Source: Camelus ferus
Lineage: Eukaryota
DNA length: 64,000 nucleotides
Assembly (NCBI RefSeq): GCF_009834535.1
Contig: NC_045696.1
Location: 26,476,001 to 26,540,000, forward strand
Direction of reading: 5' to 3'
The position numbers were made by a program, and so were the translations under genes. The notes beneath the pieces were generated by a model. That model was given only the letters and a program-made list of their open reading frames with translations, searched no databases and had not been told where the DNA came from. Below are positions 12,140 to 24,796 of the stretch, one piece after another (position 1 is the first letter of the stretch; every line of letters begins with the position of its first letter).

Positions 12140-12420
12140 TGTAGAAGACACTGTGCTTCACACATGTTCTCTGGGACCACATTACAAATTCCATTTTCAC
12201 TCTGATTCCAATAGCCAAAACCCGCATTTTTTGTGCATAGGACTGTCCCCGGGATGCTGAGCTCACTCTACTCACACAAATAGGGTGAGAATTGCCTTGG
12301 AACTTACGTCCCTCCAAGCAGAGCCCTTAGACAATAATTACGGGGTGAAGATATGAATTTTCTACTCTCTTAGACCTTGATCTAGACCACTCTGAGGTGT
12401 GAGAAACTCTGTCTATAGAC
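12140..12420 (+). mobile_element. 3' LTR (LTR16A-like) of the ERVL provirus; 3' boundary uncertain
   Basis: Begins 'tgtagaagacactg' after the internal end 'gaatggatctcagc..'. 'agcccttagacaataatt...ccactctgaggtgtg' resembles LTR16A. Confidence 0.6.
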
Positions 12421-12584
12421 TGACTATCTGCCCTTTGAGATTGAAGTAGGACTTGGCCTACAGGTCTGTACTTGGCCTTCTTCCAGTCCCAGGCACACCT
12501 TCCTAGAGCTCTAGACATACTTCCCCCTGCCCCAGGTGTGGAGGGCAACTCTACCTCCTCATGATATTCAGGGTCAACTAGGTC

Positions 12585-12960
12585 AGCCAACTATGGTAAG
12601 TATTTGGGACTTTATCCTGAGTGAGACAGAATGCCATTACAGAGTTTTAAGCAGAGAAATGACATGATTTTATTTTACTTTGTGAAGGAACATCTCTATG
12701 GGACAAGAAATGGAATCAAGGAGACTAACAAGAAGACCAGCGCAGGTAAGAGATAATGGTAGTTTAGGGGAGGTTGCTATCACTGAAGACTGATAAATAG
12801 TGGTCAGACTGCGGATATAATTTTAAAGTAGACCTCATATTTGCTGATTAATTGAATGTGCACCTAAAAGAAAGAAAGCTATCAAAAATAACCCAAGGCA
12901 TTGGTCTGGAATTAGAAGAAAGGAATTTCCAGTTAGAAGAAAGGAATTGTGAGTTAGTGA
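12585..12960 (-). mobile_element. L2 LINE fragment
   Basis: 'ggactttatcctgagtgag...agagttttaagcagagaaatgacatgat' and 'atttgctgattaattgaatgtg' are typical of reverse L2. Confidence 0.8.
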
Positions 12961-13229
12961 GAAGGGCTTTTTTTTTTTTAATTCATAAAAATGCAACCAG
13001 AGATAAGCTAAAATCAGGTCAATCTTAGCGTGAAGGGAACAAAACTGTTTCTTGTCTCCTTTTCCTCTATCATTTAGAGCAAAAATCAGAGCTAGAACAC
13101 TCAGCTTCTCTGCTTCCCCATATCTTTGCAGCCCATTCCTATTTCTGGTCAAACCAAAATTCAGCAGCAGTTTTGTGAAAATTTTTCAGAAAAGGTACCA
13201 TCTCCAGATCCAGCCCTCCTCTATAACAT

Positions 13230-13437
13230 ATTTAGAGTTTCAGACTCTGGAGTTAGACTGAATTCAAAATTTGGTATGATCACTAACTTCCTTGGGTAAG
13301 TCACAAAAACTTCAAAACAACTCATCTGTGAAAAAGAGATAATAATAGTACCCACATCATGGGATTAAGTATAAATAAGAAAATAAGATGATGGATTTAA
13401 ATGATTTAGGCTATCTTACTCTGGTAAGTATTAAACA
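13230..13437 (+). mobile_element. MIR
   Basis: 'gactctggagttagactg...ccttgggtaagtcac...ctcatctgtgaaaaagagataataatagtacc'. Confidence 0.8.
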
Positions 13438-14179
13438 AGCAAACAAACAAAAAACAACCCTGATCTCCAGGTTAAAAAAACTGACCTGATTTGTAATATT
13501 ATGATTTCACTGAAAGTAGAGTTGAATGGATATGTAGCAGATTGGATTTTGTGTGCAGGTAAGAGTCAGCTCCAGCATACCAATAAATTTGGCACAGTGC
13601 ATCATCACATGTAATATGTTTTCATAAACATTATGTATTACATGTACTATTAATACAGATATAATGCTTAGGACCCTGTATTACATTGCATGTTTAAGAG
13701 TCAGTCTTTCCTCCTATACTATGTACTTCTTGAGGGCAGAGATTATGATTATATAGTTTGGAAAAAGCTCACAAGATAATCTGACTCCTTTCCTTTGGTC
13801 CTTCTCACCCCAGTTCAGGAATAAATGCCCATGTCCTCACTATGATGTGTGGATATGACCACCCAGTTTACCTCCATCCTTCTCAAGGCTGAACTGGCTA
13901 AGTCATCTTTGCTACCCCATTGCCTCATCGGCCCATTTCTTGTCTTTAACATATGCCTCCTTTTTCCTGTGTCTTTTTGAAAAATATTAACTGAATGACT
14001 GTATTGTTGAACTAATGAGCTAAGAAGGTGGGGGAATATTGAAATAATAACAGTCCTGAAAACTGGTGCAAATACCAGATCATTAGTTTGGGTGAGACAG
14101 AAGTGCCCATCACTTGGCCCTGGAAGATGATGGCTGCAGATAATGAAGAGTAACAATAATGCTAGTAAGAAAGCAAGTA

Positions 14180-14310
14180 ACACATAGAGTAAATAAGATA
14201 TACTATGAGAGTCATTTGCCTGAGCATTTTCTCTCCATTTTAAAAATTAATCATTACAGTGACCCCCATGTGATATGCAGCATTATTTCTATTTTACAGA
14301 AATTAACAGC
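14180..14310 (-). mobile_element. MIR fragment
   Basis: 'gcattatttctattttacaga' core on the reverse strand. Confidence 0.45.
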
Positions 14311-15257
14311 AAGGGACACGTGGGAGAGAGGAATGTCTGGACCCTTAATGATAAGTATGGGAACATAATTCAAAGCCCCACTGGATTAGATTGGAATTAA
14401 AGAGAAGGTGTTATGGCTGCTATGGAAATACACGCTGGCTCAATTGGGATTAATTCAAGGAATTTGGGGATGCTAAATCTGCACATGGGAAATCAGTGGA
14501 TTTATCGATAGAGAGTTGAAGGAGACAGAGAAGAGGAAGCAAAGGACAAGAGTGCATGTAAGGAGTCTAAATCCACACAAATAAGAAGCATGGAATTGGG
14601 ATGGAGAACGATTTCACCTGTACCTACTGTACAGGGAGTGCCTTCTTTTTCCGAGAGATGTTTTCTTGAATTTGAATTCCGTTTATATTCACAATATAAC
14701 CCTGTTAGATAGGTATTCTTCTCTCATGTCTCTGCATCTGTGCTGTTTGTATTTCACTATTATTTCCTTCCACAAGACTGTGAGTTCCATCTTCAGTGCT
14801 TGCTCCATGGTAGCTGCAAATGATTCTGGTCAACAACCACCAAAAAAACAGAGGAAACTATCACAGAAGCTTGTTCTGCAAAGAGATAAGCAACTTGAAT
14901 CTCTCCATTTGTAAGTTGCCATTTATATTTTCACTTAGTGGTCACCCTACTAAGTTTGTACTAATTTGTATATAGAAAACCTACAAAGTTTTTGTAAGCT
15001 GGAATAAAGAGATTTAATACTTTTGATGGAACCATATTATGAAAGGAATAAAATTGTGTCTGTACTAATTTGTGCCACACTTAAATATTAAAAGCTCTTC
15101 AACATTATTTAACCCTTGAAATACAGTATATAAAAATGATTTTGATTAAGAAAAAATTCTAGACTCAAATCTGGTACTATGATTTTTTATATACAGCGTA
15201 GTGAATATGTAACAATCCTTCTCTCCAGTATACCTGAAAATCATTGACCTTGGGAAT

Positions 15258-15800
15258 TATATCAGAACTCCAGGTTGCAGATTACAAAACCCCAAAATGA
15301 ATTAATTAGGCACAGCTAGGAATGCTTTAGCTCAAGGAATAGAAGGTATAGATGAACATCCAATGTATGAGAAAGTTGAGGGTACAGCTGGGGCTTAACG
15401 ACTCCTAGAAACAGGGCTCAAAGGACTAATGCACTCACTGAGCTGCCATTTGTCTATTTTTATCTTTTTTTCAATATATAAAAGCTATAAAGTTTTCCTT
15501 TATATGGCAGAAAATATAGATTTTAATAGTTTCTATGTTTTTTGCCTCAAGTTTTTGAACCTCAGACACAGACTTATCCTGATTAGTCTGGTAGGATGGG
15601 GTTCCCACGCCTGCACTAGTTACTTCAGCATCAGGGAATTCTATTTTCACCAGCTGTGGTCAGGTTCTCACTCTTGGACCAATGACGGTACTTGGGAGAT
15701 GGAGTCCTGAAAACATGGCCTCTACTGAGAGAACCATTAACAGATAGCAAGAATTCTTGAAGAAGGAGAGTATTGGGCAGACCAAATAGACAGTCAGGAC
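15258..15800 (-). mobile_element. Ancient ERVL-class solo LTR (LTR33-like)
   Basis: Starts 'atcagaactccaggttgcag...aaaaccc' and ends 'gagtattgggcagaccaaa', like reversed old ERVL LTR termini. The family is uncertain. Confidence 0.45.
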
Positions 15801-17648
15801 AAGAGTATAGAGAGAGAGATTCCAGCTCTCACACTTACTGTTACTGGGGACTCAGTAACCTCTTTAATATGGTTCAAAATGGTCCTTGGGTAGCCACTCT
15901 CAGATTTCAGCAGGCTTTTTTTACAGGTCAGATTTACCAGGCATAGCTCCCTCCCTGTCGTTTATTATTCCTTCTCACAAAAGGAGTACTGTTAGTATTC
16001 ACAGCAACACTTAATAAAATGAAATCATCTATTTACTCAATACCAAAGGCAGTGTTGGATATTAATTAACCCTTATTGTTGCTATAGAAAAATAATAACA
16101 ACATTTCTTTATTCTTTTATTGCTGAGATGGTAATTTAGCAGTAGTTCCATTCCTGTCTCTTTCTTTAATAGGCACTGACCTTTAACAAATATCGACAAA
16201 TAACGTTCATATTTTCCTTCTCAGTCCTTGCCCCCTCCACCCGTTGTCTCCACTCTGTCTTTCAAATCACAGTGGGTCACACAGAGGACACATGCTGGAT
16301 GTTTGGATTGTAGAATTACAAGCTTCACAGCCAATTTGTATTTGCATAAAAGCAGACTCCTTTTTCAGACATTAGACACACATTGCAGCATTCAGCCTGC
16401 CAACTTTATTACTGTTCATTTCACCATCCCACAGTAGCTCTTGCTGAAAAGAGTAACATAAATCTCAGCAGTATAAAGCTAGTGTCCCATAATCACTCAT
16501 CAAAGAAATAAGATATTATCTGAGTCTGTGATACACATCAATGATATGGTATTTGTCAAACAATTTATGATTTGGAAACAAAGGTGATAAAATCTAATTG
16601 AATATTTGAACCAGACGTCTTGAAGGATAAAAGTAGAACTCAAGGAAAAATTATACGCACCCTTTATTTTGGCTGGGAGGGCTATGCCAGCAGTACCATC
16701 AAAATACCTGGGTACAAATGTGGCAGCATAATAAAAGTCCTTGGATAGGAAAAGACTGTCCCGTATATATTAAAACAGACAGGCACAAACACCCTCCATA
16801 TACACAGTGTGTTCACATTATAAGACCTTCTCTGTGACTTGCTGAACCAGCTGATGAGTTACTCCATATTCGAAGATTTACGCTAAGCCTTTTCTTTCCA
16901 ATTTTCCTTGGTACTGCAGGAGTTACTGATGCTGATGAACTCAGTGGCTCAATAAACAACTTCGCTATCTCAAAAAATACACCCTCTTTGCCAGAAAGAT
17001 GTTTGGAGTCACGCCAAGAGAAAGAAAAAAAAAATTCTGATCAACAGAGAGAAGGGACTGCATTGAAACGTAGGCACTCCTATTTTTACTCTGGTCATAA
17101 ATCATTATCCGCTCTGGCATTGATTAATTGGTCTTCCTCAAATCCTTCAGAATTCTTATGAAAATCCGGGATAAAGGATGATCACAACATTGGTGACAGA
17201 TCGAAAGGGATACATTTTTGAAATGCTGTCTGGAGATAACAGAGCCTAGACAAAGCTGTACCACGTGTGCAGCAGCTTTTTGGTTATTTACATTTTTTAA
17301 GTGATTCCGTTCCTTTTGTCAAACTCTTCACTCACTCCCTTTCTTATCTCAGGTCTACAACCAAGCCTGAGAAAAGTGAGGGTGGCGTGCTCTGCGTACT
17401 CCACCTGTCAGGGCGACACTGGGGCTTCTGGGACCCATTGACAATTCTAATTCTTCATGGTTTATTGCTAATGATCAAGTTTTGCATTGATAATTTAATA
17501 GAGTATCTTAAATGGTTATCAATGGGCTAAAACAGCTGTCTGAATGTCACATATGGTCAGTCTCATGGAGATTAGACTTGTAATTCTAACAATAGTTTCA
17601 CTTTGAGAATTAATAAGCTTTTCATGTGAGTATCAATGTTCAACCACA

Positions 17649-18101
17649 TTTTTTTTTTATTGAAGTATAGTCAGTTACAATGTGTCAACTTCTGATGTAC
17701 AGCACAGTGTCCCAGTCATGCATATACAAACATATATTCATTTTCATATTCTTTTTCATTAAAGGTTATTATAAGACATTGAATAGAATTCCCTGTGCTA
17801 TACAGAAGAAACTTGGTTTTCTAATCTATTTTTATATATAGAGGCTAACATGTGCAAATCTCAAACTTCCAAATTTATTCCTTTCCACCCACTTTCTCCC
17901 AGTAACCTGTAAGATTGTTTACTATGTCTGTGAGTCTGTTTCTGTTTTGGAGATGAGTTCATTAGTGTTCTCTTTTTTCTTTTTAGATTCCACACATGAG
18001 TGATATCATATGATATTTTTCTTTCTCTGGCTTCCTTCACTTAGAATGACAATCTCTAGGTCCATCCATGTTGCTGCAAATGGCATTATTTTATTCTTTT
18101 T
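17649..18101 (-). mobile_element. 5'-truncated cetartiodactyl/camelid-type L1 3' end
   Basis: Poly(T) followed by 'attgaagtatagtcagttacaatgtgtcaa...ttccctgtgctatacag...tgtgagtctgtttctgttttg...tccatccatgttgctgcaaatggcattatt'. Confidence 0.93.
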
Positions 18102-18229
18102 GACTTACTTCACTTTTCAGTGACTGGATTCCTTTCACTTTTGTTTCTTTGTTTTAAATTAGCATTCTCATTACACTCTATAGCTTATAATTATCATCAT
18201 AAATGATACATATTGCTCAGTAAAGAAGG

Positions 18230-18620
18230 TCTATTACTATATATCAATAAAGATTAAAAGTGTGGTAAGGCACGGGAAAAGAAAAAAGAAATAGATGAAT
18301 GGGTTACATTCAAGAGCCCAGATATAAACCCATGAACATATGGACACTTGGTGTATGACGAGGATACAGACACTGTTGTATATGGTTGGCTTAATAAATG
18401 ATGTTGGGAAAATTGACTTATTATATGAATAATAATAAATCTAGATGCCTATTTTACACTACAAAAAATGTTTAAATTTAGGTGGATTAAAAATGAGTGA
18501 ATGGTAATACTGAAAATCTTATGAAACTTTATGAACATATCCCCACTCCACCCCTAGAGTGATGAAAGTTTTCACAAAATCTCCAAAGCAAAGAACCTAA
18601 GATAAAAATTAAGTTTAACG
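18230..18620 (+). mobile_element. Old L1 ORF2 fragment (L1M-type)
   Basis: 'gagcccagatataaaccca...atatggacacttg', 'aataaatgatgttgggaaaattg' and 'aggtggattaaa'. Confidence 0.7.
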
Positions 18621-18884
18621 AGATATTAAGTAGACAGTGTAGATTACGTTTAATTGCGTTCTATGGTGATAGTACATCATCCGAGTTCCAAAGTTTTAGA
18701 GGATTTAAAAATAGAAAGAGAAGTAAATGGACAGTTTACTGTTATGCCTAAATTAATTCTAAAGCCATTTATTCATCCATTTTCAAAGAAAATATCATGT
18801 GATTATACAAAACTGAGCTTTGTAATCAATCACAAGAAAGAGGCATATTGTTAAAGTATTATTACATGTTCACATTTTAATTAA

Positions 18885-19120
18885 CAAATGCTTATACTGC
18901 ACAAACATGGGGCAAAGCATTGTTCTAAGTACTGGTAGGAATCTTAACTACTTTCATCATTGTAACCGTCATGAAATTGGTACTATTATGATCATCCCCT
19001 TTTACAAATGAAGAGAGCGTGAAGAGCTTTGTAACTCACCCTAGGTAAGAATAAAGAAATGCGCAGACTGAGACGTGAACCTAGGCAGTTTGGTGACAGA
19101 TCTGCCCTCCCAACCATACC
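18885..19120 (-). mobile_element. MIR
   Basis: 'gcattgttctaagtact...ggtactattat..tcccctttacaaatgaaga...tgaacctaggcagtttg'. Confidence 0.8.
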
Positions 19121-19676
19121 TGGTATTGCTGTCCTCAACATTTTGTATAGAAACAGCCATTAACATTAGAATGCTCTTTCTTCGGGAAAATATTTGCCTT
19201 TTGCTTTAGTTTTTTTTCGAAGCATCTCATATATTTTAGCTACAATCATGGAAAAAGAAAGCAAATAGTCCACTTAGCGACAATTAAATATTTCCAGCTC
19301 ACCAATGTAGCCTTGTAACAAAGTTCCTACACCCTTCTAGGATCATGATATATTCCCATTTTTTAATGTTTTCGATTAATCTGTAATTTAAGGATAAAGA
19401 GCAAAATAATTCTTAACCTTTCTCAAACATGTAAAAATTAGCATTAAGAAAAATAGAATAAGTATAAAAATTAAGTAAGATGGAAATATACTTGGGAGAA
19501 TTTGGATTGGATTAAATGAAGTTAAATAGCCTTAGTTCCTTACACGTCCAAAAACTTGAAGCACATCTGGGCTCTTGACAACTATCAGTTGAATGAATCG
19601 GTGAACACATGGATGCGTGCTACAGTTCTCAGTCTCTTTGAGGGAAAATTAACTAAAATACTGTAATATTTAAAAT

Positions 19677-19728
<52 letters not shown>

Positions 19729-19736
19729 CTACCTAC

Positions 19737-19771
<35 letters not shown>

Positions 19772-19784
19772 CCTACCTACCTAC

Positions 19785-19831
<47 letters not shown>

Positions 19832-19847
19832 CTTACCTATCTATCTA
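19677..19847. repeat. Compound tetranucleotide microsatellite (TCTA)13 CTA (CCTA)2 (TCTA)8 (CCTA)4 (TCTA)11 CTTA CCTA (TCTA)2
   Basis: Read directly. Confidence 0.97.
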
Positions 19848-20387
19848 TATGAATTACTAGTCTGGGAGACAGAGACCCCAGAGAAGTCTAAGTGGTGCAG
19901 AATAGAGAAGACTGTTATTTCTCATAGGTCAAACACATGTCTTTTTTAAGACAGTCATAACTTCTTGGTGTTGGAAAGGTGCTTATATATCATCAAGTCA
20001 AATGCTCCATCCAACCTTGTACTCCTTTATGTCATACTCCTGACAAGTAGGAAGTCGTCTCTTTGAAGAGCTCTGGAGGTAGGGAAGCCAAGACTTTCCA
20101 ATAAAAATGGACTAGTGGGAAATGAAATCAAGTGAGATTCAGGCTTCTTTGATTTTAGTTCTGGCTGAGCCATTAAGGAGCAGAGAAGTGAGGCATTTGA
20201 TCTTGCTATGTCCACATCTCCTCACAGAGAAAATAAAAAATAATGAACGTTCAATGTGCTCATTCTATGATTGTATTTTTGAATAGATTGTCATTAGAAA
20301 AGTCTGTATACAATCCACCAATGTTGGTCTCCATGTAATGGTCACCAAAAATTTAGAGATAACCCTTCAAGAAGTAATTGCTTTTTT

Positions 20388-20895
20388 GTTCTGGATATTT
20401 CTTGCTTCATAACAAACCACCACCAATCTTAGTGGCTACAAACAACAACATATATTTTGATTATGGATTTGCAAGTTGCTCAGAACTTGGCAGTCATCAG
20501 CTTATCCCTGCTTTACTCGGCTTTAGCTGGGATGATGCAAAGACTGGCTGCTGAAGTATTGTTCACTCAGTCTCAGTGGTTGATGCTGGCTGTTGACTTC
20601 GACCTTAGCTTGTGCTGGTGGCCAAAACATTTACACGTGGCTTCTCCATGTGACCTAAGCTTTCTTCCTCACAAAATGGTGGCTAGATCTCAAGGATGGT
20701 TGTCCAGAGACACAACTAGGTAAGCTGTATCATCTTGTAGGACCTTAGATTTGGAACATTATTCAGTGTCACTTTTTCATCTATCTATTCACGAGGAGTA
20801 AGTCACTAAATTTCCACTTAATTCAAGGCAAAAGGAATCAAACTCCACCTTTGCATGAGAAATGTCAGTCTTCTATGTTAAGCCTTTAAAACATT
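20388..20895 (-). mobile_element. MaLR solo LTR (MLT1F/G-like)
   Basis: 'cataacaaaccac..atcttagtggct..aaacaacaac', 'gttgatgctggctgttg', 'acacgtggcttctccatgtg', 'aagtcactaa' and 'actccacctttg'. Confidence 0.8.
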
Positions 20896-21079
20896 TGAAT
20901 ATTAATATCCTAGTCCCTTCAATTTTATCTTTTCTTTACTAAATGTATTGTTCAATTTCTTTAAACTTTTCTATCAGACACATTTTAGGTTCCTAACACC
21001 ATCTTTTTGACTTGACTCTAAATAAAAATCCTTTTCATTGGCTGTGTTGAATGAGACAGTTCTTCTTAAAACTGTGAAG

Positions 21080-21250
21080 CAGTAGTTCTCAAAATATGAT
21101 TCTGAGATCCCTGGGGGTTTCTAAAATTGTTGGGGGTTCTGCAAAATAAAAACTGCTTTCCTAAAAATACTAAGGCATTATTTTTCTTTATCACTCATTT
21201 TCTCAAGAATATACAGTGGAGTTTTCCAATCCTACACAACAAGTGATTTC
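21080..21250. mobile_element. Charlie1-type hAT DNA transposon fragment
   Basis: 'cagtagttctcaaa...ccctggggg...aaaactgctttc..aatactaag..attattt...tacagtggagttttcca'. Confidence 0.75.
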
Positions 21251-21399
21251 ACTGTTGAAAGACACTTAAAAAAATGGTAAAAGTGTGACTCTCCTTTGGA
21301 TGTAAAATGATCATGTGATTAAGCTTTATTCTAGTCACTAACTGAGAGAACCATGCATATAAGGGAACCAGTTTAAAGAAAAATTCAAAAAGCCCAAAT

Positions 21400-21888
21400 T
21401 CATATGGAGAAAAGGAATGTTGAAATGAATTACAAATGGAGGCAAATCTCCACCACCACCACCCCGCAGAATTCAGGGGAAAACATTTGAAACCTCTACC
21501 AGAAAAGAGAACACTTGTACATCTCTCAGCTACCTACAGAGTGGTAAATAGTTCTCACAGAGGATATTCCTCCCCTGATCCCTCACTTTCCCAACCCCCT
21601 AACCGAGAAGAGGACAGTCAACACCAAGAGAAGTTTGTGAAACAGACCTTGAAATAACCCTTATTATTTTCCCTTGAAGCCTAAATCACCTTTCCTTTAT
21701 TAGATTGGTAGATAAGCTCCCAAACTCTTTGAGTTATGCTTCTTTTCTGTGAATTCCTGTGTACGTAAGATAGTAGGAAAAGTTACACGTCTTGCCTTTT
21801 GTTAATCTGTCTTTTGTTGATTTCATTCACAGCCCTCTCAGTCACTGAACTTGACAGGGAGAAAGGGAAAGCTTTTCCTGACTGATAG
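21400..21888 (+). mobile_element. ERV1 solo LTR (MER34-like); 5' boundary uncertain
   Basis: The 3' end 'tgttaatctgtcttttgt...agtcactgaacttgacagggagaaagggaaagcttttcct' resembles the MER34 group. Confidence 0.6.
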
Positions 21889-22734
21889 TTAACTGTTTTC
21901 TTTATTCTTTCTCATGGTAGATTCATGGACAATTGAACTCCAGACACGCTGCATGTCCAATTTTTCCTGGTCATATAAAATTGGCCAATCTGGTAATTCT
22001 ATCAAAAGTAGAAATAATCTGACTAGTTCTTAGGAAACTGACACAGGTCCTCGATGAGTACCATGTTCTCCATTAAGTTCTTAGACATCTTTCATTCAAC
22101 ATCCCAATTTCATAATCTCTCAAGATTGACACCAAGATTCGTTGTGCTATACCTGGAAGAATCCAATTTGGGCTCTTTAAAGAAAAATGGGACTGCATTT
22201 TTTCATCTCCACTCTTCTGGCACCGCTTTCATTTTCTGCTCCTTTTATCAGATTACCACTAGTGGCTCCAATGGTCTTCCCCGATTTCAGTTAATTTCTA
22301 TATATTTAAAAAAAATCCTTAATTTTCTCTGTTGTCAAAGATTATTCTCAAGTCCTTAGAGATTTAGTGTATAGTTAGATTTACTTTCGGCATGACCTTT
22401 CAATCTCGTCTGTACTCTCTATGGTTTATTGAGGTTGTCACCCTTAACTTCAGATGATTTTAGATCTGGACCACTACATTCTCTGACATCTCCTGCCTCT
22501 CATTTTTTCAGGTCTGTGGAACACTCCTTGGACTCCCTAGGATAGTGTTCGTGGAAGTATGATCAATTACCACCCATGTCAGAATCCCTGCCTTTGCTTG
22601 CTAAAAATATGTATTTCTAAACAACAACACATTTCTACCCTATCAGAATATGTGGTTTGAGTTGAATGTCTGTCATTTGTAACCAAAAGATTTTAAACTG
22701 ACATTCTTATAATGTTAAACCTTCAGGAGTTTTT

Positions 22735-22865
22735 GCTATCTTACTCATTTAGTCTTCATAAAACATTATTAGCCCTATTTTATGATTGAGGACACTGGAG
22801 AACTAGCTCAAGGTCACAGAGCTAGTAATTGTCAGAGCTGGGAATCAAATCAGAGCTGTGTTTAG
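22735..22865 (-). mobile_element. MIR fragment
   Basis: 'ctattttatgattgaggacactg...ctcaaggtcacagagctagtaa...cagagctggga'. Confidence 0.75.
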
Positions 22866-23639
22866 TTTTCTCCCTCCTCATGTCTCATAGACGGATTAAA
22901 CACCTGAGAGGCACTGGGAAGGGCTTGGTGACAAAAAAATAACTCTCATTGGCCCTGCCTCAGAGTCTGAAATCCTCAGCCTTCTCCAAACTCTTTCAGT
23001 TCAAGGCAGCTGTTTAAATGCAAATTATATGTGGAAGGGTGTCACATTAATAGCTACTACCAGCTATTAACTCCTAAACACAAATCAATGTTCTTGTTCT
23101 CTAGACTAGAAGGGACTCTTAAAGAGTGTAACATTTGTAGGAAATTTTTGAACTGAAAGCGAAGGGAATAGGAAAGGTTGGGAGCAGAAGGACGCTGTCA
23201 CGGCGGGGGACTTGGCCAAGTGACAGACCCCAAGTGCTGGGAGGTGGGCAGACCATGACAAGTGAAGGGAGGACCAGGACGAGGACACATGCTCAAAGGG
23301 CTGTGCAAAGGGTTGATAAAAGCAAGGATTACCTGCTTCCCATTTTTGCACAGAACCGTTTCAAATTCTGGCATCCATTTTGATCTTGCTTCAGTCTTTA
23401 TGATAAAACACAGGAAATTACCCCCTGAATGTGTAGCGTGTGTTAAATATGAAGAATTAATCCAAGACTGCCAAACCTAATTCACATAAGGTCCCAGCAT
23501 GAGCTCACATTCAATAATCATTAACATCTTTAACCTATTCTTCAAGTTCTTTAATGAATAAATGTGTCTAATTCCCTTAGAATGTAGGACAATTGGACCG
23601 TTCTTCTGCAGTGTCCTATATATATACAATGTAAAATAT

Positions 23640-23930
23640 GACATTCGAGGGATTGAATTACGCAATAAACATTACCGGGTTGCTTTGTTGTCAGAATCGT
23701 AACTAATGGAATGAATGTTGGAAAGGTGTTGCAGAAGCAGCCGTAGATTTATAATTTTCCCATGAATTACTCATAGAAGGAGATTTCACAAACCAATAAA
23801 GTAATTCCGAGGCTGCATAAATTACTAAATTACTTGTTAAGTTAAAAAACAAGTGACAGAGCTATTTGTGTCATCGTGGTTAAATGTCAGTGCCTAATAA
23901 ATTTGTTGTAAAATGTTTCAAGATTTTTTT
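23640..23930. promoter_or_regulatory. Candidate conserved non-coding element
   Basis: Repeat-free, dense in TAAT/ATTA and (C/T)AATAAA/CATAAA homeodomain cores, with C/EBP-like TTACGCAAT, TGACA/TGTCA (TALE) motifs and retained CpGs. Confidence 0.35.
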
Positions 23931-24548
23931 TTTTCAAATGGTCATCGTTTAGATTTGGATTAACAATAAAAAGCAGGAGCTTTTCCTAAAGCTCTAGGTG
24001 AACAATGGCACTTGAAAATGAAACACTGGCAAATTGCCCATCTCCTGTGGGAAAAGGAGGAAGGAGGCGGCAGCATCTTTGTAAGCAATCACGCTAGAGA
24101 AGGCAGGCTTCTTCCTGGGGCATTAACAACATCTCAACAGGACTCAGAGATTTTTGTCAAGAGCCACAATTTACACAATAATTACACTCATTGGAGCAAA
24201 TGCTGATCCCAGATTGCCTCCTACTTCTTGTCCTTTCCCCAGATCAAATGTTTTGTCCATGTACCCGAGTTGTTTTAAAGGATTAGTTTATTCATGTATT
24301 CATTTAATAAATACTAGCTTTTGTGTGTGTGTTTTACTTCTCCAAGGAAGCAATTCATAGAACAGACACCCTTTTCCCTTCTATTAGTGTATTAAAATAA
24401 AAAAAGGAATATGTTTTGGAGGCTCCTGACATACCTAAGCAATGACTCTCTTATATATCTAAGGAAAATAGATGTGTTTAACAGTGTGAAAATGTGTCTA
24501 GGCATGCTAATCATATATTTTTTAAGTTAAAAAAAATTTTTTTAAATT

Positions 24549-24769
24549 GTAAGTTAGAGATTTGCAGATACTAACCACTATGTATAAAATAGATTAAAAA
24601 AACAAGTTTCTTTTGTATAGTACAGGGAACTGTATTCAATATCTCACAGTAACCTATAATGAAAATGAATATGAAAAGGGATATATGTATGTGCAATGTA
24701 TGATTGAAACATTATGCCATACACCAGAAACTGAAACATTGTAAACTGACTATACTTCAATTAAAAAAA
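24549..24769 (+). mobile_element. 5'-truncated L1 3' end
   Basis: 'gagatttgcagatact...gtatagtacagggaact...acaccagaaactg...actgactatacttcaatt' followed by A8. Confidence 0.92.
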
Positions 24770-24796
24770 ACAGAGATAAAAAAATTAATTATATAT

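Noticed and set aside
12912..12948. 16-bp direct repeat ttagaagaaaggaatt
   Set aside because: A small tandem duplication inside an L2 fragment, with no sign of function.
16330..16356. SOX-OCT composite element around ATTTGCAT
   Set aside because: The orientation and spacing do not fit the canonical CWTTGTNATGCAAAT. The few octamers in the window are about what AT-rich DNA gives by chance.
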